Assembly (NCBI GenBank): GCA_039096225.1 | Contig: JBBPEB010000005.1 | Span: 558,001-622,000 of the forward strand | Reading direction: 5' to 3' | DNA from: Blastocystis sp. Blastoise | Lineage: Eukaryota > Protista > Bigyra: Opalinata | DNA length: 64,000 nt | In this document: in pieces, positions 41,250 through 55,640 of the stretch | How positions within the stretch are numbered: the stretch's first letter is position 1 | Layout of the letters: each line of letters starts with the position of its first letter | Notes under the pieces: generated by a model | Seen by the model: the letters and a program-made list of their open reading frames with translations, nothing else | Told to the model about the DNA's origin: nothing | The model's database searches: none | Program-made: the position numbers and the translations under genes

Positions 41250-43250
41250 ATTAATTAGTATAGTAGATAGAAATAGTTTAAATATGGAGAGAAGTATATA
41301 TATAGATATAAGATGATAAAAGATAGGAATTGAATATAAAAAAATGAAAACATGAATATGAAGAATATAGGAAAATAAATTAGGAAAAAGAAAAATATTA
41401 AGTAAATGAGAAGAAGAAGAAGGAGGAGTTAGTTAATAGGATAGAGAATAAAAAGCATATATATAAAGAAGAAGAATAAGAATAGGAAGCGAGTAAAAAA
41501 TAAGATAAGAAGGTAAGAAGAAAAGAAAGATAGATGGATAATAAAAAGTCATGTATAGGAGAAGAAGAGAAAACAGATAGAGAAGAGAGTTAGAAGAAGA
41601 ACAAGGGAGAATAAATTAAGAAGGAAATAAAAATATAAGTAGAGTACACATAGGAAGTACAAGTGTAAATGTAGGAAAAAAGATAGTATATGATGAAAGA
41701 AAAAGAGTATAAAAGATTATATATATATATATATATAATTGATATTATGTGTAATAAATCGAGAGAATATTGAGATAAAGAGGAAATAGATGAAAAGGAA
41801 TAAAATTAGAATAATATAAAGAGTAAAGAAGGAGAAGACGAAGGAGAAAAATGATATATAGAGATATCGAAATCGAAGAAGGAAATGATAGAAGAAGTAG
41901 AAGAATGATGATAAAAGAAGAAGGAAGAGTAGGAGGAGGAGGAAAATAATGATATATAGAAGAAGAAGAAGAAAAAGTACATATAGAAGATATAGAAATA
42001 GAAAGAGATAGAGATAGAGAGAAAGAGAATGATAAAATGAAGAGAAGGAGACTGAGAAGGAAAAGAAGGAAAAGAAAGATATATAGAAGGAGAATAAAGA
42101 GAAGCATAAAAAGAAGAAGAAGATACGGAAGAATATGGAGAATAAAGATATATAGAGAAATAATGAACATCAAAATATATAGATAAAGAAAGGTATATTG
42201 AAGATATAGAAGAAAAGAAGGAGAAGAAGGAGATATTTAAGAAGAAGAAAGAGACAAGAAGAAGATACAGTAGAAGAATACTATGGAAAATAATGATAAA
42301 TAGAGGATACAGAAGAATAAGAACAATAAATAGAAGAAGAAGAAAGATATATAGAAGAAGAAGCAAAAATAAGATATATAGAAGAAAAACGATATATAGA
42401 AGAGGAAAGATAAGAATAAGGATATATAGAAAAAATAGAAAACATAGGAGGAGAATGATATAGATAAAATGTATAAGAAGAATAATGGCAAATAGAAGAA
42501 GGAATGCAGAGGAAGGATATATAGAGAGAAAAAGAATATATATACGAAGGATATATAGAGAGAAAAAGAATATAAAGACGAAGGATATATAGAAGATGAA
42601 GGATATATATAAGATATAGAAGAAGAATAAAGATATATATAAGATATAGAAGGGGAATAAGGATATATAGAAGAAGAGGAAGAAGAAGAGATACAGAAGA
42701 GATTGAGAGAAGGAGATTGAGATTGAGAAGCAAAAGAATGGTATATACAAGATATAGAAGCATAAGGATAAATAGATGAAGAAGAACGAGTAGGAAAAGA
42801 ATATTGGAGACAGAAAAGGAGAAGGGGAATAAGGATATATAAAAGAAAAAGGAATATAGAAAGAACGTCTAGATGAAGAATTAAAAGGAATAGCGAATAG
42901 AAAAGTAGAAGTGGAAAGATATGAAAAGGAAGTAATGACATAAGAAGAAAATGAAGAAGAACAAGAAGATTAAGATATAGAGGTGGAAATGAAGAGAAGA
43001 TGTAATTATAGAAGGAGAACACAAAAAGGAAAGATAAGAAGAATGTAAGGAGAATGATAAGTAAGAACTAAAGAAAAAAGGTATATTATATAATGAAATG
43101 TGATATTGAGTAGTATTAATAGTAGTAACAATTACCCGAATCAACACGATGACTATAAGAAAAATATAAAGTATAACAAAGAAATTAATAAGAATAAAAT
43201 GGAAAAGAAGGCAAATATAGACAAAAAGAAAACCAAATATATATAGAAAT
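41250..43250 (+). repeat. Purine-rich low-complexity tract (MULE-B)
   Basis: Read directly; inverted counterpart of 32540-34520. Confidence 0.88.
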
Positions 43251-43252
43251 AG

Positions 43253-43289
<37 letters not shown>

Positions 43290-43443
43290 ATATAATTAAA
43301 AAAAAGAAAAAAGTGCATAAATTAATATTAATAAAAACTTCAAATAAGTACATAGAAGAAACTAATAATATGTATAAATAGAAATAATTTTCAAAAATTA
43401 AGAAATTTATATTATAAAATCAAAACATAAGAAGTTAATAATA

Positions 43444-43474
<31 letters not shown>

Positions 43475-44996
43475 CATAAAAGAGAAGAACCAAGAATTTA
43501 GTGACAAGAAAAGCAAGAACTAGATTTAATAGCTATATAACAACCTATATAAACATTAATATAATTATATAATTATATTTATATAAAAAAAATGTAGAAA
43601 ATATATACATCTAGAATCAGAATATGAGTTAAACCAAGTAACTTCAAATATGAATATTTGAATTGTAGATGTAGTGATTATGTGAATAGATCATGATTCT
43701 GTATGATTCAAGACAAATCTGTTTAGACATTTGACCAATTGATTTTTTGAAAGTTTCAAGCAACGCTCAGTTAACATAGCCAAGCATTTCCCACTCATTG
43801 ATAAAACCTAAAGAAATAGTTTTATATGGTGACGTCACATCATCCCATTTATAACCACGACACAATAGCTGACCATCTAGTACAACCACTTTACATCACC
43901 TAGATTAGCTCATAATAGAGAAAGAGAACATACCAGTTTAGATCAATCTGCCAATGGAGACTGGAAGGTACTCTAATATACTCCTAGGGACTATATATAG
44001 ATAGATATATGCTTAGAACATACAAAAGCTAAATTAATCATATTTTTTATATGATTATTGAAACTTCACTATAAATTAACTTATTAAAAATTATTAAAAT
44101 CCTAATATTTCTACTTTTTATTATTAATTATTTTATTTAAATAGTTTAATCAGTTATTCTCACTCCTGATGTCTTGTTGTTGTTATTGGAGTATGTATTT
44201 AAGTAAATAAAATTAGTTAATTGATTAATTATTTATAGAGTGTTGAATAAAATAAAATTGATGCTTCTTGTCATAAGGAAATCGTTAGACTTGATGAAGA
44301 CAACAAGAATTAGTTGATTATGTGATACTCACTAGATTGTCTAAATGTGTAAAATTGTCAGAAATGATGAGTTTATGTGTGTTTGAATTTGAATTCTACA
44401 TTAATTAAAATACGTCTTTTAGTAATTAATTTAATTTTAGGGAAGTTACAAACATAATTGATTTCTCTTGGTGATATGTTGAGATAGAATGCCTTTATTA
44501 TGAATTTCTATTAATAATTTAAATTTAATCATGACTCGTATAAGCCAAAGTTGATTATAATAGTTTTTTAGGTAATGTAAAATTTGTTAAGGTTCTTCAA
44601 AAGTTTTTAAAGTTGGTTAGAAATGATTCTTAGTGTCAATCATATTAATATAAACAGTAGAAATGCCTTTTAAGAGTATAAACAAATAATGTATTGCGTG
44701 TTTATAGACTTCAAGATATTATTGATGAATATTTATTTTTTATTTGTGTGTAAAATTGATGAATAGGATACATAACTCAACAAAATAATGACTAGATAAT
44801 TTTGGGTGATTGTAATTGTGAATGTGTTTGGTTTTAAGTAAAGGTATCTAAAATTATTATAAAAGAGCGACTAACGACGTATAGAGTTGATTCAATTGCA
44901 TGAAACTCAATGTATTTATTCATATTGGTTCTAATGAATGAGAATACCTATAGGGAAAAAACATTTAAATTTTTTTATAAAAAATATAGTATACAA

Positions 44997-45064
44997 CCTT
45001 AGATCAGGAATTGAACCTGATAGCAATCTATTAATGATTGCTACTGACCATATTCAGTCTAAGG
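44997..45064 (-). ncRNA. 68-nt tRNA-like cloverleaf, copy E (MULE-B; positional orthologue of B)
   Basis: ccttaga|ctga-atatgg-tcag|ta|gcaatc-attaata-gattgc|ta|tcagg-ttcaatt-cctga|tctaagg; all stems are Watson-Crick. Confidence 0.87.
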
Positions 45065-45083
45065 AATATTAATTATATGAATA

Positions 45084-45116
<33 letters not shown>

Positions 45117-45834
45117 TTGAAGAAAAGAGACTATAAAAATATTGTAATTATATATATATATACTCTATTACACCTATTAATACTAACCTAAATAATAAAA
45201 ACATGTAGAATAAAAAGATTATTTCAATATACAATAGAATATAATGTAATTAAGAATAAAGTTAAAAATAGAATATTAGCAAACAATATATATAATAAAT
45301 ATATACAATATATACTATCTATATTAAGTTGTATACGAACATAGAAGATAAGCTAAAGATACGTTCTATATATAGATTAAAAAAAAATTAATATATATAT
45401 AAATAAAATAAACACATTATATTGTTATAATAGAAAATACTACATAGCAAGCTATATAAATATAAATAAAATACATACAAAAGGATTGTATACATTATTT
45501 GTAATAATTCATAAAAGCTGATTATAGACTATATATATAAAATGAATGAATAAGACGGCATGAATTAATTAAGGGAATACCAAGTCTATATATATATATA
45601 TATGAATATATACATATATGTAATTATGAGAAAAATATATATATAAAGTAAAAAATATATATATTTAAATATAACATAGGAACATATTATGTATATGTAT
45701 TAAAACAATTAAAATACATACTCTTTACGTAGAATCTATTTAATATCTTCACAAACTATATATATTAATAATAGTACACTATAGTGAGTATAAATGTATA
45801 TAATAGAAAAGAAAGCTGGAAAATATAAAGAAAA

Positions 45835-45877
<43 letters not shown>

Positions 45878-46760
45878 AGAAAATAAGGTTTAACATAATA
45901 CAAAAGTAAATCATTCAAAACAATTATATATATCCTTAATCCTATATATAATAAAAATGATATTAGTATAGTATTATAAACAAAAAGAAAATGTAGTATA
46001 CATAACACTAAGTGTATATATAATTAGTATCAAAATAAATAGATAATATATATAAAAGGAGATAAATACAAAGTATATATATTATCATAGAAAATATACT
46101 AGTATAATTGAACAAAAGAGATAAAAAGAAGAGTTATTACTGTTACTACATATATATACATAATTAACTATAAACAAATTATATTATAAAATGATAATAC
46201 ATAATATAGTTATAGAAAGAAAAAGTGATATAAAAGAATAAAATAGAAGAATAGTTGAGATAAAATTATATATACAAATAATATTACCTTTTGTGTCAAT
46301 TATAAAAAATGTATTATATATATAATAAGATAAAAAGACTATATACTTAAAAACTCATGAGAAAAATAAAAGGATAACTGATATATTACTATATATAAGT
46401 CTATAAGTTTATATTTATATAATAAGTATATATAAAAGTATATATATAATATATTTATATATACCTTAAATACATAAAAATAATGTAGTAATAGAACTAA
46501 AGACCACTATATATAGATAATTCTTCATTATTCTATTTATATATAACTTTGACTTTGATAAATAATATATATATATATATATAAAGTTTAAGAATAAACA
46601 ATTGATATGAACTGATTCTAGTATATATTATCAACTTCCAAAATAAAACATATATCAATTTTCTAAAGAGTATATATTTGGTAAATATATCTGTGAATAT
46701 GTTATATAGAGAGAAAAATGTATAAAATAATAATATAAAAAGAATACAATAAAAGTCTAT

Positions 46761-46845
<85 letters not shown>

Positions 46846-49279
46846 TTCTTCAACTAAAGCAACATTCGTATATTTATATAACACCTATATAATATATATA
46901 TGTAATTACAGTTTTACTAGTTATATTTTTATATAACTAATAAAACTATAGAGACATGAATAACAGAAATATAAACAATAGGATATTATTAGTAATTATA
47001 GGTACATAATATAAATTATATAAAAAAAATAAAAAATTATTGTACGGAAAATAGAATAATATATAAAAATAATGTGAAACAATATACTACAATAAAACAA
47101 TTACTTACATATAAAAACTATATACCTTAGATATAAAAATTGATGACCATGAAGTTTATAACATAAGGGAAACGTCACATTCTCTATATAAAAATACTAG
47201 TTAATATATAAATATATATATATATATATTAAGAAGTAATAGAAAATAATATGCTAATAATTAAATATATATATAATATACCTAGTCACATAATAGTATT
47301 GATGTAGAGAAGCTAATGAGTACATAGCTTAATAATACTATATATATGAATAAGAATAAAATATATCGAAAATAAATAATACATATATATATATATAAAC
47401 TATAATAAAAGAATGATAATTAATAGTCCTATATAGAAAAATAATATAATAAATTAATAAAATATTAAGAATTTATAAATAATAAAAATATATATATATA
47501 TATTTGAACCATATATCAATGTTAGAGCCTCAGTTATAACAAAAATAAATAACTACAATATACAAATTTAATTAAACAAATATATATAATTTTAATAATA
47601 TAAAAATAAAAAAATATATACTTTTTAGCCATATTCTTCTAGTATTTTTTTTTGTATATATAACCATATCAATTTACTCCATATATCTATAGAAAAAAAT
47701 AATTATTTAATATATTTATATACTTTTAAGGACTCGATAATTGTGCTGAAATCGAAAAGTTACAAAAATTCCAAAACAATAATCACTTGCCATTTCTATA
47801 TAATTAGATACAATATAGCATTAATAACATAAATATATACTTCTGATAAAAAAATAAAATAATAAAAATCAAAAGAAGGACCTAGACATCAATTTTCTTA
47901 GTAGATGGAGACCAATTACTTTTTTTCTTTTGAATTTCCTAAATAAATAATTAAATATACAAACAAAAAACAAAATAATATACCACTAGAACATACACCA
48001 AAGAATATTCTTAAAGAGGAAATTCCGATCATTGCGTTTTCTTCCAATATTGTAGCCAACTCCACCGGGCTCTCTAAATCATGTTTCTAAACCTATATAA
48101 ATAATGGTAAATCAAATAAGTATATACGTGAAAGAATGAATCACTAATTGGTTTATTATCTGGATTCATTTCAAGCCTAATCTATAATAATCTACCTAAT
48201 AAAATATAATATAAATATAAATAATAAAATAACCTTCTAAATAAGCAAATAATCCATATAATAATATTTAAAAAATATTCTTTTTTAGGAGTTCATTTAA
48301 GCCGTAGCTGAATACGGTTTTCCAAAGATTTAAGTGATTCTGAAAGACTCCAAGAATAGGGACCATATCAAAGAAGACTTTTTATACCATACTTTGAATC
48401 TCTAGAAATTATTTTTAAAACTTGTTCACTGAAACCCAAAAAAGTTTCTATAGAAGAGATTAATTCCGCTATTTAGGCTGTTTTTCCTCTGTTTCCATCC
48501 TCAGAATGGTTATTTCTTGAAAATCAAATATTGATTTATTTCATATATTTTCATTATAAGCATATAAAATGAATCTATGTATGTTTTCTAGTTATAAATA
48601 TATATATTATATAGTTTACTCTCTTCAAATATTTAATTTTATATAGTAATCAGTTGATCAATGGGTTATTTCTTGTTTATATGCTCAAAACAAACTTCAT
48701 CTGGTTTCAGATCAATTCAAAAGGTCTTGGTAAACAATACTGATGAATCTAAGGTATATAGATATTTTTCATTTTCTCATTTTGTTTATTTTTTGCTATA
48801 TCTATTTCTTGTCTATGCTATTAATACATCACTATCATTCTAATAGCATCCCTATCTTTTTTTAATTTTATATTATACTTTTTATAATTGAATTAGCTCC
48901 TATTTTTCTATCTTGTTGTTTTTCTAATATGTTTATACTTTAATTAATTTTATTAATTTATTCTACGTATTTATTTATAGAATCTTAGCGTATTTAAGCA
49001 CAACTTGGGAATCAGATTGCGATGATTCAAGTCTTTATTAAGGTATATATGTATTTAATAATATAGTTAGTTTGTTTTAACTGACTATTAATAATATATA
49101 TGTTATTTTTTTCTTTATATTATAATTATTAATATTCTATTTTTATAATATTATATATTCTTTAGACCTAGTGGTATTTTTATTGTTTCTTCTATAAAAC
49201 AAAAAATTGATTACAAATATTATTAGTCTATTAGGAAAGTTGCAATTTATTATTCTTTTATTTATTAAATTTTTTGGTT

Positions 49280-52200
49280 TACAAAATTTCATTCTTCATT
49301 CTTCATTCTTCATTCTTCATTCTTCATTCTTCATTCTTCATTCTAATACACTTCTTACTACATCTTTTTCTTCTTTTTTGTATAGATATTAATTTTTCTT
49401 TATTTGTTTTCATAACTATTACCTCTTCACGAATTCTACTATTATATTTTATTATTATACTTCTAATTATCCTTTCCTTTTCATTCTTCTTCTTCTTCTT
49501 CTTATCCTTCTTCTTATCCTTTCATTCTTATTCTTATTCTTCTTACTTTACGTCTACTACTTATTCTTCTTCACCTGTACATCTTATTCTACTTCTCCTT
49601 ATTCTCCTTCTTCACTTATGTTTCCTTTTCTTTTTTTTCTCCTTGTAAATTTACTTCTCCTTGTTATTGTCATCTTCTTTTTATTATTCTTAGATATATT
49701 TCTCTTATTCTTATTTTTCTTCTCCTTCTTCAACTTCTTCAACTTCTTCTTTTTCATATATTGTTGTTACTTCTTTTTTTACTTCTTTTTTTACTTCTTA
49801 TTTTACTTAATATTTTGTTTCTTATTTAGTTTTTCCATATATCTCACTTTCTCCTTCTTATTCCACGTCTCCTTATTTTTTAATTTCTCTTTCTTATTTT
49901 TATTACTATCCTCGTGCTACTTCTCGCTTTCCTTCATATGCGACTTTCTCATTCTCCTTTCCCTTCATCATACTATTCATATTTTCATTCTGCTTATCTA
50001 GTTACTTTTACTTATTTTTTTTATTGTAATTTCTATTTTACTTCTCATTCCTATTTTCCTTCTTTTAATTGATATTATTCTTTAATTATTATTATTTTTA
50101 CGCTTATTCTCGTTCTGCTTCGCCTTCTACTTATTCTTGTCTCCTGTTAATTCTTCTTCTACTTCAGCATTTCATTCTTAATTTCCTTCTTATTCTAATT
50201 CTACTTCTTATTTCTGGTGTTATTCCTTTGTTTTCATTTCATAAGCCTTAGTGTCTACTTTCCATTTCTCTTTACTATTCACTCAACTTTTACTACTTCT
50301 TCATCTTCCACATTTTATTCTTATTCACCTTATTTTTACACTCTTATTCTACTTCTATTTCTGCTTGTATTTCTACTTCATTTTTTATTCTTATTCTTAT
50401 TCATGATATCTTTCTCTTCTTATTCATGATATCTTTCTCTTCTTATTCATGATATCTTTCTCTTCTTACTTTACTTATACTTCCTAATCATTTCTCTTCT
50501 TATTCTACTTCTATTTCTTGTTCTACAATCTTATTATCATTATCTTTATACTATTCTGCTTCTAGTTAGCCTTAACTTTTTTTCATTCTTCTCCTCCTCC
50601 TTTTGTATCTTCTTTTTCTTATTATTATTATTAGTATTGTCCTTCCATTTCTCATTCTTTTTATTCACTTCTGCTTATCATACTCCTTATTCGTATTCTT
50701 CATTTTCTTATTATTTATTCTAATTCTTCATCTTATCACTTTCCTTCTTCTTCCTTCTTTTCTTATACTTTTCTATCTTCAATTTATTCTATTATTCTTA
50801 TTTTCATTCTTATTAAACTTATTTTTTATTTCTCCTTCTACTTATTATTATTCTCCTTTATATCTTCTTTCTTCTCCTTCTATTTTCATTTCTCCTTTTT
50901 ATTCTTCTTATTCCTATTCTTATTCACTTCATTCTTATTTTTATTGTACTCCTTCCACTTCTAAACTTTCTCTCCTTAATATTCTTCTTTTTATTCTACT
51001 ATTTATCTCATTTTCCTTCTACTAACACTTCATATTGTCATCTTTCTTATTTTATTCTTATTCTCATTATACTTATACATATGGTTCTACTCATACTTAT
51101 TGTTCTCCTTCTACTTCATTTATACTTTTACATCTATTCATACTTCTCTTATGGTTCTACTACTACTCTCTTAGTCATATTCTTATTCTTATTGTTCTCC
51201 AAATTCTTCTTTTACTTGTATCTACTTTCTTGTCTAGTTCTCCTTACTCTGCTGGTATACTTCTCACTTTTTATTTATATATATTCTTCTACTTTTGCGT
51301 ATTCTATTTTCACCAAATTCTTCTCACTATCCTTCTATATCTTATTCTAATTCTTACTTTTTCTCCTATTATCTTTCTTTTTTAAACTTCTACTTTTCCT
51401 TCTCTTTGTTCTAGTTCTAGCTTTGGTTCTTCTTCTTCTTCTTCTTCTTCTACTTTTTATCTTCTTCTTATTCCCTATCTTCTCATTCTTTTATATCATC
51501 TTTTTTCTCTATATTTTCTTTTTCTTCTTCTTATTTGTATCGTCATTCTATTTCTTATTCTCATTCCTCTCTTTTTCCTACTATTCTCATCCTATTTCTT
51601 CTTTTTCAAATTCTCTGTCATGTATTCTCAGTTTAAGTCTACTCATTTTCCTTCTGCTTCTCCTTTTTTCATATACTTATTATTTTACATCAAATTCTTC
51701 TTTTCCTTTTGTTTCTCCTTATGTGGTTTATTATTATTCTCCAACATGTTTTTCTTCAACATCATCATCTCCTTTTGCTTCTACTTCTTCTCTTCATTTT
51801 CCTTTCTCTTCGTTGTACTTCTACTTATCCTTTTTATTCTTATTCCTATTATCTTTCATATTTTCCTTTTTCTTCTCATTCTCACTCTCTTTTTGATATT
51901 CTCCTTCTCCTTCTATTTCTTATTATCGTTCTATTTATATTAGTTCTTGTTCTTCTTATTTTACTTCTCATTCTCTTTCTAATTATATAGTCTCTCTTCC
52001 TTTTCTTTATTCTTCTCCTTCTTTTCACGTTTTTACATCATTATTATTATTTTCATTCCTTTTTTATTCTGTTCTTATTCTATTCCTTATACTTCGTCTT
52101 CTTCAGTTTTTTTTCATTCATTACTTTATTCTTCTATTTCTACTTGTACTTATACTTTTTGTTTACTTGTACTTATATTATTACTTACTTTCATTCTTAT

Positions 52201-53958
52201 TCCAATTTCTACTACTACTACTAGTTCTATTACTACTTGTTATTATTCTTATTCCTATTTCTTTCTACTAGTATTTATTCTTATTCTAATTCTACTTATC
52301 ATTGTACTCGTGCTTCTATTCTTACTTTTATTTATACATGCACGTCTACTTCTACTTTCTTTTCTACTTCTAGTTCTACTTATACTTTCTAGTTTTCCTT
52401 CTTCTTCTTCTTCTTGTTCTTTACTTCTACTACCACTACTTATGACTATTTCTCCTTCTACGTTCACTTCTCCTTTTACATGTACTCGTACTACTATTAA
52501 TTCTTATTCTTCAATTTGAACTTCTACTCTTTTTCGTCTACTTTTTATTTTAGTTCTATTATAATTCGATTTCTTCTACTTCTACTTATTCTTCTACTTC
52601 TAGTACTTCTTGTTTATCAACTTATATTCATCATTTTACATCTACTTATACTAGTATAACTTCTTTTTATTATTATTTATATTAGACTCTTTTAATTCTA
52701 CTCCTTATTCCTATTATATTTTTCTTCTATTTCTTCTATTTCTTCTTCTATTTGTACTTATAATTATACTTCATCTATTCTTATTCATATTCTCTTTCTC
52801 ATTCTTCTATTTATATTTATAATTATACTTCATCTATTCGCCTTTTCTTTTTCCTATTTTACTTATACTTTGTTTCTTCTATTTATACATACATAATTGT
52901 GCTTCTCCTTCTGCTTCTAAGTCTAAGTCTAAGTCTATTTACACTACTACTACTTCTACTACTTCTAGTACTTTCTCAGTCAGTTTTTATTCCATTCTTA
53001 TTCTTATTCTTATTCTTATTCTATTCTTATTCTTGTTTTTTCCAGATTCTTCTTTTTTTGCCTTTCTTCTACAGGCTTGTCTATTTCTCATTATTCTACT
53101 TGTATGCTTCTCATTTTTTATTCTTCATATTCTTCTAATTTAACGTATTCTGTTTTATTCTAAATTCGTCTCATTTTGCTTCAATTTTTCTTCTACATCT
53201 TATTTATATATTCCTATTTTCTTACTTATTTTCATTCTACTTTTCATTTCCCTTTATTCTGTTTCTCGATCTACTTCTTCTTCTACTTTATCTTCTTCTT
53301 CTCCTTATTCACTATCTTCTGCTTCTTCTATATCATTTTTTACTCTATATTTTGTCTTCCTCAGTATTCTTTTTATTTGTAGTATCTTTCTTTTTATTTT
53401 TGTGATTCCTCTTCTTGTTCTTATTCTTCTTATTATATTTCTTCTTTTTCAAATTCTTCCTCTCCTCATTTTCATTTAGTTCTTCTTGTTTTCCTTCTGC
53501 TTCTTTTTATTTTTGTTATTCTTATTTTACTTCACACTCTCGTTTTCCTTCTATTTCTTTTATCTTTCTTATTATCATCCTTTCTATTTTTCTTCAACCT
53601 TAGCTTCTCCTTCTGCTTCTACTCCTTATCTCCATTTTCTTTATACTCCTCCTTATACTTCTACTTATTCTTCTTATTCTCATTCCTATTATCTTTCATG
53701 CTTTCCTTTTTCTTATCATTTTCAATCTCTTTATTCTATTTCTCATTATTTTTCTTTTTCTTTTTCTTCTATCCATACTTATTAAAGTTTGTTTTTTATT
53801 ATTCTTTTACTTCTCGTTCTATTTCTCAATATTTTACTTCTTTTTACTTTTCTTTATTCATCTCATTTCCTCTTCCTCCTTATTCTTCTGTTTCTTCTTT
53901 TTTACTACTTCTCCTTACTATTATTATTATTATTCTTATATTTACCTTCTTTTCCTTA

Positions 53959-53991
<33 letters not shown>

Positions 53992-55640
53992 TATTTACCT
54001 TCTTTTCCTTATACTTCTTCTACTTCAGCTTCTTTCCTTCTTTCCTTTATTCTTCTATTTATACTTGTTCTTCTACTCATATTTCTACTACTACTACTTA
54101 CTGTTATTTTTTTCTTCCATTTCGACTTCTACACTATTACTAATACTACTTCTCATTCTTCTACTTATATTTCTACTTATATTTCTATTCTACTTCGCTT
54201 GTACTCCAACTTCAACTCTTACTCCTACTTTTGCTTCTACTACTTTTTTATGCTTCTACATCCATTTCTATTACAACTACTTCTTGTTCTTCTTTTTCTA
54301 TTTCTCTTTCTTCTTCTTTTTTTTTCATTTTCATTCCATTATTGCTATTCTTCTATTTCTTCTTCTTATTCTCATTCACATTCGTATTATTAGTATTATT
54401 TTTTCTTCTTCTACTTCTTTCATTCTTGTTTCTTCTATTTCATTTCTATATTCTATTTCTCATTCTTCTTCTTCTCTTTCTCATTTTCTTCTTCTTCTTC
54501 TTCTTCTTCTACTGATTCTCATTTTCCTTTTCCATCTATTTCTACCTATTTCTACTTCTGTTTCTACTACCATACTTTTATTTCTTCTTCTTTCTCATTT
54601 TATCTCAACTTATTCGTCTACTTCTCTATCTCCTTTTCAATATTCTTCTTCTCATACTTTTTCTTCTATTGATTCTTTTACTTTTACTTTTACCTTATTC
54701 TTGTCCTTATTCTCTTTCTCCTTTTTCTCTTTTCTTTTCCTTCTTCTACTTCTATAATTTCTTTCTTCTCCCCCTTTTCTTTGTGGTTCTTCTCTTTCTC
54801 TTTCTTCTTCTACTTTTTCTTCTTATAATTTTATTTTTTCATCTTCTTCTCCTTCCTCCTTCTCCTTCTTTTGATTCCTCCTTTTCCTTCTTCTCCTTCT
54901 TCTTAATCTTTCTTCTTCTCCTTCTTCTATAATTTTTCTTCTTCTCCTCCTTCTATAATTTGTCTTCTTCTCCTTTTTCCTTTTGCCATTCTTGTCATTC
55001 TTGTTTTTTTTTGTCATTCTCCTTCCTATTCTTTTTCTTCTCATTCTTCTCCTCCTTCTCTTTCTTCTTCTGTTTATTTTTTCCTTCTTCTCTTTCTCGT
55101 TCTTTCTTTCTTATTCTCCTTCTCTTTGTCATTCTTATCCTTCTTATCCTTCTCCTTCTTATTCATATTTTGATCCTCTCCTTCTATTCTCTTTTTAGTT
55201 TCTTCTTTTTCCATTTTTATTCACATGCTTTTTCTTCTACTCCCACATATGCTTCTCTTTCTCCGTCTTCTTCGTATTATTATTCTTATGCTTCTACTTC
55301 TAATCATTCTCATTCTACTTATCCTTACCTTCTATTGATGTTTTCCTTATTATGTTTATTCTTGGTTTATTCTTATTTTCCTTCTTGTTCTCCTTCTCCT
55401 TCTCCTTCTTTTTCTTTTATTTCTGCCATTCTCTTTTTTTATCGTTCTTCTTGTCATTTCTTTCTCCTATCCTTATCCTTATCTTTGTCCTTTTTATCCT
55501 TCTCCTTCTACTTCTTCTTCTTATCCTTATCCTTATCCTTCTTCTTATCTTTATCCTATCCTTCTTCTTCTGCTCCTTGTCCTTGTCCTTGTCCTTCTCC
55601 TTCTCCTTCTTATTCTTGTCCTCTTTCATTTATTTGCATA
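49280..55640 (+). repeat. Pyrimidine-rich low-complexity tract (MULE-B), including a 24-bp triplication at about 50395-50470
   Basis: Inverted homologue of 19340-26290; for example 54109-54211 is the reverse complement of 21932-22034. Confidence 0.9.

Noticed and set aside
30687-45064. Ordinary tRNA-Leu(TAA) or tRNA-Ile(AAT) genes, or a mitochondrial insert
   Set aside because: No U8/A9 linker, no long variable arm for Leu, pyrimidine at position 37, and no flanking organellar genes.
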